Assembly: GCF_009914755.1 (NCBI RefSeq)
Contig: NC_060936.1
Length of the DNA: 64,000 nt
DNA from: the human T2T-CHM13v2.0 reference genome, Homo sapiens
Strand: one strand, 5' to 3'
A program made the translations under genes and the position numbers. Below the pieces are notes generated by a model. The model was not told the DNA's origin. It made no database searches and worked only from the letters and a program-made list of their open reading frames with translations. Shown here piece by piece: positions 15,679 to 30,445 of this stretch (its first letter is position 1; every line of letters starts with the position of its first letter).

Positions 15679-18600
15679 TAAGCTTTTTGTACCCCCCAGA
15701 CATAGCAGGAACCCAGTGAGAAGGCCGGGCTGCTCCCACCCAGAGACCCTGGAAGAGCCTGGCATGGAAAATGGGCCGTGCATCGTGTTGCCGGGAATGC
15801 TTGGTGATTCTCTGGCCAGGTCCTGGGCTGAGTGTGGGCCGGGGATGGAGCCCTGCCTGGAATCAGTGATGCATCCTGAAATCTCTGGACCAGCCTGCAT
15901 GGTGACGGAGACCAGAGTGAGGCTGGCCGAGGACATTTCCCTCTGGTCCTGTCCAGCCTTGGCCCCGAGAACCAAGGCTCTAGGCTCATCTGGCTAGATA
16001 GATCCTGTTTTTGGCCCAGCCCAGCATCCCTTTGTTACTTGGGACTTGGGGAAAAAGGCCTGGCTTGGCTCACACTTGAGGAGGTTTGCCAAATGTGTTA
16101 CTTACCATTAAAAAGCTTGTAAACCTGGGGTGCAGGATGCTGTGGGGGCCTGGGCTGGCTCGAGGATGTGCTGTTTAGAAGTTCCAGAAGTTCCCTGCTG
16201 GCTGGGAGGGAATAATGTCCCTGCAGAGTCAGAGGCGAGCCTGCCCTGGGCCTGGGCCAGCTTTCCCTCTCGCGGGCCTCTCTGCTCTGGGGGAGCTGTG
16301 TGTTTCCTTCTACTCAGGCAGCTTGGGAAAGACCAGAGGCCCTTTCAGGGAAGGGAGAAAAAGGGAAACAGGCCTGAAATGACTGTCGTGAAAGCCCACT
16401 TCTGAGCTTCAGCCCAGAGCACAAATGCATTTTCTTCTGTTATGAGAATGTGGAGAGTTCCAAGAGGTTGTTCAGGGGAAATACAGAGCCTCAGAGCTCT
16501 GGTACTAGGAGGACCTTAAAGACCAGTTAGGACAGCCCCCTCATTTTACTGGAAGGCTAATTTGAAACAGAATGGAATTTGGCAGGGGCTAGGATCCCTT
16601 TTTTCTTCGGAGGCTTCATTTCCTGAAAGACACAGTGTCCGTGATGAACTGATTTCACTAATTCGCTCATTGCATTTTTTAAAAACCTCAGCGGTCCAGA
16701 TCTGGCTTCTTTTGAAGGTAACAGAGTTTGTGGCTTCCAGGGTGTTTTCAGTTTGGGGCCATAATTTCTGTTTGTTCATTAAAAATATTTGTTCACCATA
16801 GGCTTACTGCCAGGTCTTCCTATGCACAGCATCAGGCTGTGCTTGTGAATGGCTGAGGGAAGCTGGAAATAGGCGAAATCAGGAAAATACTGGAATAAGG
16901 CAGGGGCTGATGTGGTCTAGGAGGGTTAGAAGGTGGAGGCTGGCAAACTTGTGATTAAGGGTGGTGTTTGGGCACCCTCAATGAGGAGGCCTCATAGCTA
17001 TGGAAGAGACCAAGAGAACCTGGGTAGACATCTGTGCAGGGCCTAGGGACTCAGGACCCCCTGTGGATGCAGCTGAGCTGCACCTGAGAGGTCTCTGAGG
17101 TGGACAGGCCCCTGGTGGCACAGGAAGCTTCAGAAAGAGGAGACTTGCATTGGGGCAACCAGGCATATCAGAAAAAGATCTTAAAAAAAAAAAGAGAGAG
17201 AGAGAGACAGAAAGCAGGTGGGACAGAGTGAAGTGGGGCCTGAATTAATTATAAATGGTGGTGGCTATATCCTTTTTTGGGAGGGGCCCAGGAGGCTGCC
17301 AACTTTGATCTCATTTTCTGGACAGGCCTTTAGGTTACCTCTTCTATCCACCACCCAATCACCAGAGAGTTAGTGCCTTCTGACAGAAGCAGCTCTTGGC
17401 AGAACACACGAGACATAAGCAGCTGGGGCTGGGGACAACACCTGCTAGGGGTGGGCTGGGAAGGAGACAGACATATGCTGGTGCAGGAGAGGAAAGTGTA
17501 TCATAGCCTCCTGTCCTGGGAGGCAGAGTGGAAGGGCATGCGGCAGGGTTCAGGGAGGGGCCATCTCTGTCTTATTCATGTGGTAGCCCCGGCGCCTAGC
17601 TCAGTGCCAGGCACACCCTAAATAACAAAATCACTAAATAACGGAATGAGTGAATTTAGCTTATGCCTGAACACACAGAGTGTCATCCTCTTGAATCCTT
17701 ATGTTAACCTATATTTTTCTTCTCCAGGATTTATGGAATAATCAGGAATCTGCCTACTGTGAGCTTTCCCCTTTAGAAAGGTTTTCTCATTGCTGGTGTG
17801 ACAGAGTGCACTGAAGCTCTGTTTCTCCAGTGATCTCAGCATAAAGACCCTCCATCTGACAGGCAAAGGACGGGTGGGAGGAGGGCCAGGAGGACCTCTC
17901 AGGGCCCAGCTGGCTGTGCAGGATGCAGAGGGTGGGCTGGTACAGAGGCTAAGAGCAGAGGTCAGGGTGAGAGGAGGCATTAGCAGCTTTGTTAATTGCA
18001 TCATGTCTTTCCTCCAGGTGACAACACTAGGCCTATGCCTCATCCCCAGCAGGTGACCAATGGAGGAAAATAAAATAGAACTTCAACATGCTCTCTGACG
18101 AACTTGAACCCCTGGTACTGGTTGCTCTGAGAAGCCATGGGTTTCCTTCCTTGGACAATTTCAGAGCCCATCATTATGGTTTATGGAAAGGAAGTGGCAC
18201 TGAGAGAGACCCTTGCTTCTCCTGGCAGCTCTTCTCCCTTGAGAAAGCTCCTCAACTTCTCCTGAGCTTAGTTTCAGAAGTGATTGTTCATCCTCTCCCA
18301 CTGGGAGTCCTGGGATGGGCTCCGTATATTTTACTCCAGCCACAGGCGGATGAGTGAGATGACCTTTTCAGGTCACTCAGGAGATCCTCCAGTTTCTCAG
18401 GATAATCTAAGCATCTCCCTTTCCTTTAGAAGCTGTCAGAGCTAACTCAGCGTGGGTGTGGGCTCTTTGCAGCTACACCACCTCCCCTCCAATATTTAGA
18501 AGTTCTTTGCTGGTTCTTAGGGTCTCCTAATCACAGGTCTTTTTTTCTGGGCTCTGCCTGAAAGGCCACATCCGTTTTTTCCCTGAAAGCTAGCTAGGTC

Positions 18601-18689
18601 CTCTGGGCTAAACACCACCGCCCCTCAGCTCTAGAAATGGCTGATTTTCATGACGCCCTTTGCCAACCAGATTATTTCTTAAATTGCTC

Positions 18690-19560
18690 TCCCCCCTGCT
18701 GGGTGTTCTGGGACACAGACGCCAGTGTGTGGGGTCCCCGGCTTTCCTTTCTCCCAGAGCAGCTGGAGGAGAGCCTCAGTTTCTCCACCGCACACCCTGG
18801 CCTGAGGGTAGCAGCCGACCCAGTCGGGGGAGTGGGCCTCCTGCGCCCTCGGAGGCACAGGACCGCGGGGCCCCACCGAGGACCCCCTGAACGGCAGCCC
18901 GCCGCGAGGCAGCGTGGGGACCAAACTGCCGCGCCCCAGAGCCCGCCGCCGCCTGTCCCCGCGTCTGAGGTCCGCAAGGAAGAGCTGCGGGAATGCACGC
19001 CCGGGGAAGAGGCTTTGTGAACCGAGGCTCGGCGCGCCCCCCACCCGCGCCCCTCATGGGCAGCCGGGCCCAGCCCGCCGCCCGGGCCCCTCTGGGAAGG
19101 GCTTGGAGGCGACGCGGGGGGTCGGGGGAGGAGGGAGCGTTCCTGCAAATCACATGATTTTCCCGCTTATATAAATCACAGCTTGTTTTTCTCAACCAGC
19201 TGCAGACTTAAAGGTGCAGTGTCTTCTTTCTCTCCCAAGGGCAGAGGTTCCCCAGGGTGCTTTTGACGACCCCTGAGCTGGGGTGGGGTGGTTTCACCAA
19301 GCAGGGGTCAGGGTTCAGGGTTCAGGAACCCCCCACCCCATCCCCCATCCCCGGGATGTTTCCTTTTAGCTCGGGACCAGGGAGGGGCATGGAAATCCGG
19401 TCGCCAAATCAGCAGGCAGAGCCGAGCTGGGGCGGCCTCCAGCGCCTCGCCTCGGTCAGCGATCACTCTGGAGACCAGCGATCCCCGTGGGGGACCCTGA
19501 GCTGAGGGGTTACAATGAAACTGGCCGGTGGCAGATTTGCGGTGGCCAAGAGCAGACTTC
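18690..19560. promoter_or_regulatory. CpG island / probable lncRNA promoter
   Basis: High GC and CpG density, GC boxes, TATATAAA at 19168-19175, E2F TTTCCCGC at 19159-19166. From memory a minus-strand lncRNA (LOC283387) starts near here; not verified. Confidence 0.75.
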
Positions 19561-22344
19561 TAAGGGTGATGCTTACTGTTCTGACCAGCCCTGGTTATTT
19601 GTTTGAGGCTAAGTTATGTGAGAAGAAAAACGAGCTCAACACATATATCCAGCACCTATCATCTACCTATTAGGCACTGTAGGGAGAAACCAAGACCTTT
19701 TAGACAGTCGTCACCTTCAAGTGGTTTATAGGATTTAGGTGATGAGATATGTAGATATAGACATAGAGGCAGACACGAGATATAGAGATTAAATAGCACT
19801 AGTCAGTTTCAATGCCTGTTCCAGGCTAAACAGAAGAGCGTTACAAGGCTGTGCATAATTACTTGCTTGATCAACAGCACAGATAATGAGTCCTTCAGGC
19901 CTTGGGAAGAGGGCTCTGGAGGCCCTGACTGAGAGGTGGGCCAGAGGCAAGGCAGGAGGGGGACAGGCAGCTGGGGGAGGATGGACGGCATGTGTCAGGA
20001 GGGGAGAAAGGAGCATGATGTTGGAGTAATCCCTTTGCTAAACTGAGGAACTGGAGAGAGGAGGAGTGGGGGATGAGGGTGGGAAGCCGTAGGGGGGCCA
20101 GGTGCAGGTGGCCTTGAGTGCAGGGCTGAGTGTGGACTTGATCTGGTGAAGGCAGTGGGCGAGCCTGCAGAGGTGGGAGGGCAGGTGAATGGTATGATGA
20201 AGGGGGTGTTTTTAAGGACCAGAAGTCTGGCAGCAGTGCGCAGAATAAACTCGAAGCATTGATGGAGACCCGTTGGAGGCTTCTGCAAGGAACCAGGCTG
20301 ACGTAAGGTCACAGTGCTGGGGTGTTAAGAGAAAAGGTGAAAATGAACAGCGAGAAATAAGAGATTTTGAAGAAAGAATGGAGATAATTGATTGTGTATA
20401 CAGCAAAGGGGAGAAATCACCAGAGGTGATGTTGATTTTGAGCATGGATGGCAGGGAGAAGATGGCAGCCCTGCAGCCCTTAGGTGGAGGGGGGGGTGCG
20501 CCAGTGGCCAGGGGAGGAGCTCCTTTTGGAGATGGCGTTTGTGAAGACAATGGGCTCTTAACTGGGAAATGTCCAGTGGGCTGGAAGTCAGAGGAAATAA
20601 CTCAAGGGATGAAAGAGATCTTGCAGATCTTACAGGGAGATCACAGAAAGGGAGAAAGAGAAGTAGGGCCAGGGGACACCCACGTTTAGGAGTAGGAGCC
20701 GCTGGCAAGGCTGTGGAAGGAATATTCACACCCCAAGGACAGACCAACCTGGGCACGAAGTGTCTCTGCCTGACCTTGGCCAAGTTGTTTATTCTGTCTG
20801 CACCTCAGTTTTCTCATCTATAAAATGGCACTAACAGCACTTGCATTACTTTCTGTGAGGACGATGTGAAATGTCTGAAGCATCTCACACACTGCACAGT
20901 GTCTGGTGCAGGGCAAGCACCAGCTGTTCTTCCTTTCCACACTTCCCTTCCTGCCACACCCTCTATGTCCTTTCATGGCAGCCACCTGAACACAGTTTCT
21001 CTCCTTTTAAATTGTTGTTGTTTTTCTTCTTACCCCTCCTCCTCTTCATCTCCTTCTTCTTTTTCTAGAAGAAACACACGGTCTTGTTTGCATGACCAAT
21101 TATTTGAACTGGAAATACCCTCCATTATGAAGGAAGGAAATAATAAATTTTTTTCCTAAGGGCCTCTTAGCTGAAGCTGGCTATTACCTCACTGGATCCT
21201 TCCAGCAGCCCTGCAGGGTTTGGGAAGGCAGGTATTATCAGGCCTTTTTCCCCCCTACAGCTGAAGAAATGGAAGAATGGTTGTAAAAAGTTTTATTATT
21301 CTGTTGAGAACCACATGTCTAATCAGTACTCTCTAGCTCAGAGCTTTCTAAACTTCTATTTGTAGCCCTTTATTTTTGGAAATAATTTTACTCGGTAGTC
21401 AAATAAAATAGATATAGGCAACCCAGTTCTGGTTTCAGTGCAGTGGGGAGGTTCTGAGTCACGACTGCTTGGCTGTGCTCCCACTCCCAGCCCCAGGCCA
21501 GGCTGAGAAGTGGGGCTTTCCTTGTGGGGTAACCCAGCACCCAGAGCCTCTCCCTCTACACTAAGCTTCATTCTTTTCCTTTTCAGCCACAAACTTCCTG
21601 ACTGTGAAAGCCAGGCCCCAGCCCAAGAAGGCTTCACAGACCCCTAGGTGTGCCCTCTGTGTGAGCCAAGTGTTGACCCTGGCGATGATGCCAACAGCCC
21701 GACTCTGCCCAGCTTTCAGCCGCATGAGTGTGAACCAGCTGAGCGGCACCAGCTCAGGGCAAGGCAGAAGGCCAGGTGCACTGTCTCTAGGCAGGCAGGA
21801 TGAACAGCAGCACCTGATGTCACAGCGGCCGGGGAACCACCCTGGTTGGGGCATGCTAACCCACCCTGCTAATATGCTTTGGGTCCTAATTTCCTTTTTG
21901 AATGAGTTTCTTAAAAAAAACAACTTGTTAGGTGAAAAGACAGTTTGTGGTTTTTAGAATGATGATTTGAGTAAGGCAAGTATTGGTAAAATGCTCTGCA
22001 GATAGTTATCGCATACGCTAATGCTTACATAAGATAAACTCCTGGCAATGGAATTAGATGAAAGTATATATACATTAAGTTTTAAAATATACACTATTTA
22101 AGGCAGATGAATAGACATAAAAAATAAAAGCAGCTTAAAAAAATAACACTGTTAACACAAGCAGAATGCTGCTTTATACAACCTTGATCTTGCCATCCCT
22201 TCCCTTCTACCTAGAGGACACCAGGATCCAGAATTTGGTGTTTATCATTCCTATACAGTGCTTTTAATGTTTTAACATTTTACGTAAATTATATTTTACT
22301 GCATGTATTCTTCTGAAACTTGCATCTTTTATTATTGTGATTCA

Positions 22345-22925
<581 letters not shown>

Positions 22926-23248
22926 TGAAACTTGCATCGTCTTTTCCTCAGTATTATATTTCTGAGATTCTTCCATGTTGATACCTTTTTAAAGGAAATT
23001 TATTTTCACTGTATAACTTCAAATTGTATGAATATACTATAATTATGTATCCATTTTCTGGTTAATGGACATTAAAGTTGTACAGTGTTTTTTTCCTGTT
23101 ACAAACAGTGCTTCTATGAACATTCTTGTACACATCATCTCTTGATTGTGTATGTGTGGGGGTTTCTCTAGGACATTTGCTTAGGAGTGGAATTACTGAC
23201 TGGTTCATAGATTATGAGAATCTTCAATGAGATTGGAAGTATTCTCCA

Positions 23249-23895
<647 letters not shown>

Positions 23896-26259
23896 TTATT
23901 GTAATTTACACTCTTATCCACAGTCAGTTACTCCACCTCCTCACCATCACTTGCTGTTGTCAAACTTTTAATTTTTGTGGAATTGATTGGTGTGAAATGC
24001 TTTCTTGTTGTGGTTTACATTTCTCTGATTACTAGTGAGGTTAGGCATCTTTTCACATATTTTATTTTTTTGCTATACGTATCTCTTCTTATGATAATTA
24101 CCTTTGCCCATTTTCTTCTTTTGGAGTGCTTGTCCTTTCCATATTGATTATAGAATTCCATTAAATATTATGCTTACTAGTCTGTTATCAGTTAAATGTT
24201 TTGCAAATATCTTTCCCATCTGTTGATTCTTTTCACTTTTTTTTTTCTTGAGACGGGGTCTCAGTCTGCTGCCCAGGCTGTAGCACAATGGTGCGATCAC
24301 AGCTCAGTGCAGCCTCGAACTCTTGGGCTCAGGTGATCCTCCTGCCTTGAGCTGGGAATACAGGCATACACCACCATGCTTGGCTATCTTTTCACTTTTA
24401 AAACGAGTGGACTTTTGATGAACAGAAGTTGATGTAATATAGTTGAGTTTTGTATTTAAATTTTTTATATTGTTAATTGCTCAGCTTGTACTTCTGTCAA
24501 TAGTGTATAAGAGTGCCTGGTTTTCCACACTGCTGCCAACACTGGGCCTGAATGATTTTAATTTTTGTTAATCTGATAGGTGAAAATGGTGTCTCACTGT
24601 TTTGATCTGTCTTAATTATGGGTAAGCTTGAGCATATTTTCACAGGCTACTGGCCTTTTACATTTCTTTTTCTGTTTTCTTCATTTTTCTATTGAGTAGT
24701 TTGCTTTTTCCTAATTGATTTGTGAAGGCTTTCTGAATAGTAAAGAAATATACCCTGTTTCTGCTGTGTGTGTGGCTACATGCTGCATGTGTATCTCCTC
24801 ACTGCAAGCCATTGATGATGGAACTAGAAAAACCTGAGCCTCTGTACCACATTTGCCCTCTTTAGCCCTTGAACACTAGCTGTGTTGCACAAGAATGTAA
24901 AAAGCTGCAATTGGAGGCTTTGTGGAAGTGGCAGGAGGAGCAATGTAGTTCTGTGTAAGTAGGAGCAATAGGGTAGGGAGTGTGTACACTGTGGAAGCCC
25001 ATCTTCTATTAAAGGGTAAAACAAACAGAGACGGGAGAGAAAGTTTGAGTTGGAGCAATAGGAATGTGGCCTGCATTCTCATTTCTTAAGTGAAACGTTA
25101 CTAATGCCCTGGTGAGGAATTCTGAAGTGCCTTGTGTAGCTTGGCTGCCCTTGGCTGGTGGTGAGAGTGGTGGAATGGAATAGTTCTGAGGGTCTGGCCT
25201 GTACCAGGCATGCAGCCCTGATGGAGGCTCAAGAAAGCTGACTTGCTCCAGGTCACAGGGCTGTCAGTGGCCAAGCTTGGATTCAACTCTGGGACTAGCT
25301 CGCTCTTCAGCCCTGTTGTCTGCAGCATACTAATGGTTCTACCATGATTAGTCTCAATTAGGGGAAGGCTTGGCTTTTATAAGGAGATTTGTCAGGAAAG
25401 CCTCATAACAAAAGAGTCAAATTAGAACATATTTTAAATAGATTGCCATCTCAACAGTGAAATTTCATATTTCTATGTTTTAATGTCAATAATTGGCTTA
25501 AATAGTCCCTCTTGGAGAACACAGGTAAATTAACAGTAATTATAATTGGGCTCTATTGAAAAAGAGCAATAGACTTAATAGTCCTGTTCATGCCTGAAAG
25601 AATGTTCAATGGAGAAACCAGCCAAGATTCCATTTTTCCCTGTCTTGCATTCAGTACAATTTGGATGACATTAAGCTTTCTCTTCACTCATTTACTCATC
25701 CAACAACTGCTTACCACATTCACATTCTGTGCCATTTTGTTAAGAGCTGAAAGAGTGGTGAACAGACCTAGGGCCTGCCCTCACAGAGCCTACAGTCTAG
25801 TGAGAGGGATAATCAATAAACAAGTAAACAAACAAAAAACAGCTGTTGTAAGTGCTGTGAGGGACATACACACGTGCTGCGACAGAGAATAATATGGGAT
25901 TGACTTTAGTGGGCAGGTCAGGGAAGGTCACACACATTCTGTGGGTGATTGGGTACTAACATTTATTTTGGAGTTAAAAATACCTCCTACAGGTCTTTTG
26001 CTGCAGTGATGCCAGCGGGAGCATCAGGAGCTTGGGCTCAGAGCAGGACGCCTCGGATTGTTTTAAGAAAATGGCAGACGAACTGGGCATGGAGGAAATC
26101 GCTAGCTTTCATAAGGCCAAGCTAAGGAAAATGGGGATGCAGAACACCCTGCCAACCAACCCAAGAGACTGCTGAGCAGGAGAAGCGGTGTGAGACTTCC
26201 TAAGAGCCTGGAGGATTCCCGACCCCATCATCTTCCAGACTCCAGCTGCCATGTGGAAG

Positions 26260-26540
26260 AAGCTGATTATAGCAGGGTTTTTTTTTTTTTGCCATGCCAT
26301 GAGGTGTGTTTTATTTTCAATAATCATACAATAATTTTCTATAATGGAAAATCATACAAATAATTTTCTATAATGAAAATAATACAAATAATTTTCTGTA
26401 ATGAAAATTAATACAAATAATTTTGTATTAATCATACAAATAATTTTCATTAAAGAACATTATTTGCACGATTACTGAAAATAAAAAACACCTCATGACA
26501 TGGCCAAAAAAACCCCCAAAAATCTTCCTATAATCAGCTT
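26260..26540. repeat. Long imperfect inverted repeat (foldback/MITE-like) with internal ~28 bp tandem array
   Basis: aagctgattatag...ccatgccatgaggtgtgttttattttcaataatc pairs with gattactgaaaataaaaaacacctcatgacatgg...ctataatcagctt. Confidence 0.9.
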
Positions 26541-27122
26541 TGATATAAACAGTTTTCTTTTAACTGAGGAGAAAGCACCAGTATACAAAGAAGAAAAGCA
26601 GGGTGTGCACTTTTTTTCTTCTGGGGTCTACAAAATAAAAATAGCCATGAGGCTCCCTGGATAGTTTTTCTTGCTGATTGCAAACACCAGATACCCCGAG
26701 TGCAGTCTTTTCATGCAATCTGGATGTGCATCCTGGTTTTTCACGGAAATTTCTTCCTTGGGGTAAAAGATGACCACCCATATTTAATGGGAGGGCCCAA
26801 AAGCATTTAAGGGGAATATAAATTCCAGAGGTCTATCCAGAACTAACATGAAAAGCTCCTCTCTTGAATTTGCTGCCCATCAAGGCAAAGCATCTTCCTT
26901 GAAGCAGGTTTGAAGGATTTGCTTCCTCATCTCGCCTCCTCTTTTCGCACCTGCCAGTCCACAAGGGCTTGGGTGACAGCACCTGGCCTACACACTTTTC
27001 TAGGCACAGCAAAACTGTCCCCTACACGGATTTTCTTTAGTTCACAAACACATCTCCTCTCATTTTGGTTGTTTGAGCCACGGTGAGAATGCTGGGCTTT
27101 CAGGAATATAATTTGATGATGA

Positions 27123-27495
<373 letters not shown>

Positions 27496-27539
27496 TAGGT
27501 ATGTCTATTTGTTATTTTCTTAATAAAAACACCACTAGC

Positions 27540-27612
27540 GGCCAGGTGCGGTGGCTAACGCCTGCACTCCAGCCTGGGTGACAGAGACCCTGTCACGAAA
27601 AAAAAAAAAAAT
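27540..27612 (+). mobile_element. Internally deleted mini-Alu
   Basis: Alu 5' 25 nt fused directly to the 3' end and A-tail. Confidence 0.8.
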
Positions 27613-28249
27613 CTAAAGAAAGCCTCTCTTTCTAGCCAATGTTTAAAAGCTCTCAGTGTTGCTCCTCTCTCTTCCTACATTTCCTCTTCCTAAGCAAAGT
27701 AACATAAAAACTCTAGACAATTGGCAGGTATTTGTGTGTTCACCTGTGGGAGAGAGTTCACTTTTCAGGGAGCGGGAATAAAGGAAAACGATTGTCGAGT
27801 GCACGTGATTTAAATTAAGTCCTGGCCTCCATCAAAGTGGTGTTGGGAACCATCTGGTGGCCAGAAAGGTTTTAACACAGGCCAGGGCTCCCTGCTGTCC
27901 TCTCGTGGCAAGAGGTGGTATGACGCCCTAGGTAGGAATCCTTGCCCTGCGTTGTTCAGGATTACAGAAAAGATACAGATCAGGAAGGAAGGCAGTTAAA
28001 GTCAACGTTTACTTAATGCCCTAAAGCAGATGGGGCTCCGGGAGGAGCCAGGACAGCACCGACGCTGGCATGGTATCTGCAGTTACTGCCTGCTGCCCAC
28101 AGGAGATTGACAAAAACCCCAAATATGACAATCCCAATTCATAATTTTGGGTGGAGCGGGGTGGAGTTTTATGACATATTCTCAATTAAAAATATCTTTA
28201 TCCTGTTTTTGAATCATAGAATTTTAGAGCTGGAAAGGATCTTAGAAAT

Positions 28250-29300
28250 GAGTCAATAAAATTTTATTGAGTTTTTACTATGTGCCTCTGTACTACGTGC
28301 TGTTAGGGACTTAAGGATGAATTAGATATGAATAAGCCCTGTCCTCAAAGAGTTAAAGGTGTAGCAGAAAAGTCATACAATAAAGCGAGTAAATGCCATG
28401 TAATGTGGTAGGTGCAATAACATTGGGAGAGCATGCGATACTGTGAGGACAGATGTCAGAATGGCCCCCTCTACCTGAGGTAAGTGAAGGCTTAAAAGAG
28501 AGGAGCTAGCACCTGACTTGTGTCTCAGAGAATGAGGAGTTTTCCAGGTAGGTGGGTAAGGGTGGGGATCAGAGAGGGAGGCCCAGGCAGTTGAGAAGCA
28601 CACGCAGGCAGGTGGGACATTGCATTCGGCTGTAGCATATGGTATGAGGTAGGTAGCAGATGCTGCATAAATCCTTGCCGAATGAATGCATCTATGAATG
28701 ATGATGGTGGGAATGGTGAGAGAGGAGGATGAAGAGGTTATGGGGGGTGGGGTGCAGGTCATAACACTAAGGAATTTGAACGTCATGCTAGAAGAGGTGA
28801 GGGAGGGTGTGGGTGGAGGGCCTTTGAAGGATTTAAGCAGAGGAGTGACATGATCATATTTATATTTTAAAAACAATTTTGGCAGCAGCGAGAAGGAGGC
28901 CGATAACTAATTAGTAGGCTACTGAAATAACCCAGTGAGTGATGATGAAATCCTAAGGCGGAGAAATGGGAACATTGAGGAAAGCATGGATTTGAGTACT
29001 GTTGGGAATACAGAATCGGTAGAGGCAATGAAAGAGAGAGAAGGGTCTAGGATGGCTGCCACCCAGAGTTTTGGCATGGGGTCTGCGTGGAGCAGATTTT
29101 GACAGGAAGGTAAAGAACATAGTGGTGGTGTTTGTGGCACCTCCAGGTCGATGTCTAGAGGGTATCTGAATACATGGGTCTGGGTTTAGGATCACAAAAC
29201 TGAATGAAGGAAACCTGGAGAGTGTGTGGAGTGTGTGACCAGTGGGGAAAGTGGAGGATGAACTCTGGTGACCAAAGGATGGGTGGGGAGGGGCAGAAGA
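28250..29300 (-). mobile_element. L2 fragments
   Basis: Reverse L2 motifs 'ttttattgagtttttactatgtgcc', 'ttaagcagaggagtgacatgatcatatt'. Confidence 0.7.
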
Positions 29301-30148
29301 GGAGCTAGGAGAGGAGGAGAACCGAAGGGGAAACTGGCCTGGGGAGGTGTCCTTAAAGGGTCAGCCAACACTGGGCGAGAGTCCACCTAACAGGATCAGA
29401 AGCCTTGGCCAGATGGAATTGCTCTTGTGTTTTCTGCACCATGTGTTTGCTTATTTATTTGTTCAATGCTTGTCTTCATATTTAGTAAAAGGTTTTTCTT
29501 GTAACAGCACCCCTCTCTGCCCCAGGTTTCTGTTCCGTAGATGGAGGCTGGTCACAGTTAGAGTTGGAGTGGGCTCCCTGCCTCCGGGCCTCTCCCTTGC
29601 AACCCCTCTCCCACTGTGATCTCACTGGCTTGGCTCACATGTAGTTCTGATCACTTTTCCCCGTCACAATTGTTCATTCTCACTTTCTTAGTCTCCTTCT
29701 CTCAGGGCTCCCCACTGCCTGCAGAGTAGCTCTCAAGCCTTGCATTCAGAGCCCCTAAAATCTGATCCCAACTTTTTCTTCCTGCTTGAGCTCGGAATTC
29801 CTCCACTCACTTCCCCCAAGCCAGAGCCTCAGGCACACTGGAGCTCACTTCCCCTACCTCTGTGTCATCACCCGAATTCCTTCCATCCTTTAAGGTCAAG
29901 ATCAAATAGTCCTTCTTTCAACCTTCCCTGATTCTTTTAGCCCAAACCATTTTAAAAAATCACTTTTCTGAACTTCTACAGCACTTAACATATTCTCTAT
30001 ACTTTTGTAGTAATTTAGAATCCATTTTATTTTCTCTAACCCTGTTCAGGTAAAAGGGTCTTGTATTACATTCCTTGTTTTCTCTCAAGAGCCTAATAAA
30101 ATGTCCAGCACATATACAGGTACTCAATGAATATTAAAAAACAATTGA

Positions 30149-30445
30149 GTCAGGTGCAGTGGCTCATGCCTGTAATCTCAGCAGTTTGGGAGGCCAAGGT
30201 GGGAAGATCCTTGACGCCAGGAGTTTGAGACCAGCCTGGACAATATAGGGAGACCTGGTCTCCACAAAAAATTTAAAAAATTAGCCAGGTATGGTGGCAT
30301 GTGCCTGTAGTCCCAGCTACTCTGGAGGCTGAGGTGGGAGGATTGCTTGAGCCCAGGAGGTTGACATTGTTGTGAACTATAATTGCTCCACTAGACTCCA
30401 GCCTGAGTAACAGAGCAAGAGCCTGTCTCAAAAAGTAAAAAAATC
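30149..30445 (+). mobile_element. AluJ
   Basis: Alu consensus with J-type positions. Confidence 0.9.

Noticed and set aside
18637-19505. Overlapping ORFs in the CpG island
   Set aside because: Stop-codon depletion from high GC on both strands; Arg/Pro/Gly/Ala low complexity.
26321-26450. CRISPR-like appearance of ~28 bp repeats
   Set aside because: No unique spacers; contiguous tandem copies in mammalian DNA.
27848-27863. CTCF-like aaccatctggtggcca
   Set aside because: Only a partial motif match; cannot be supported without PWM scoring or ChIP.
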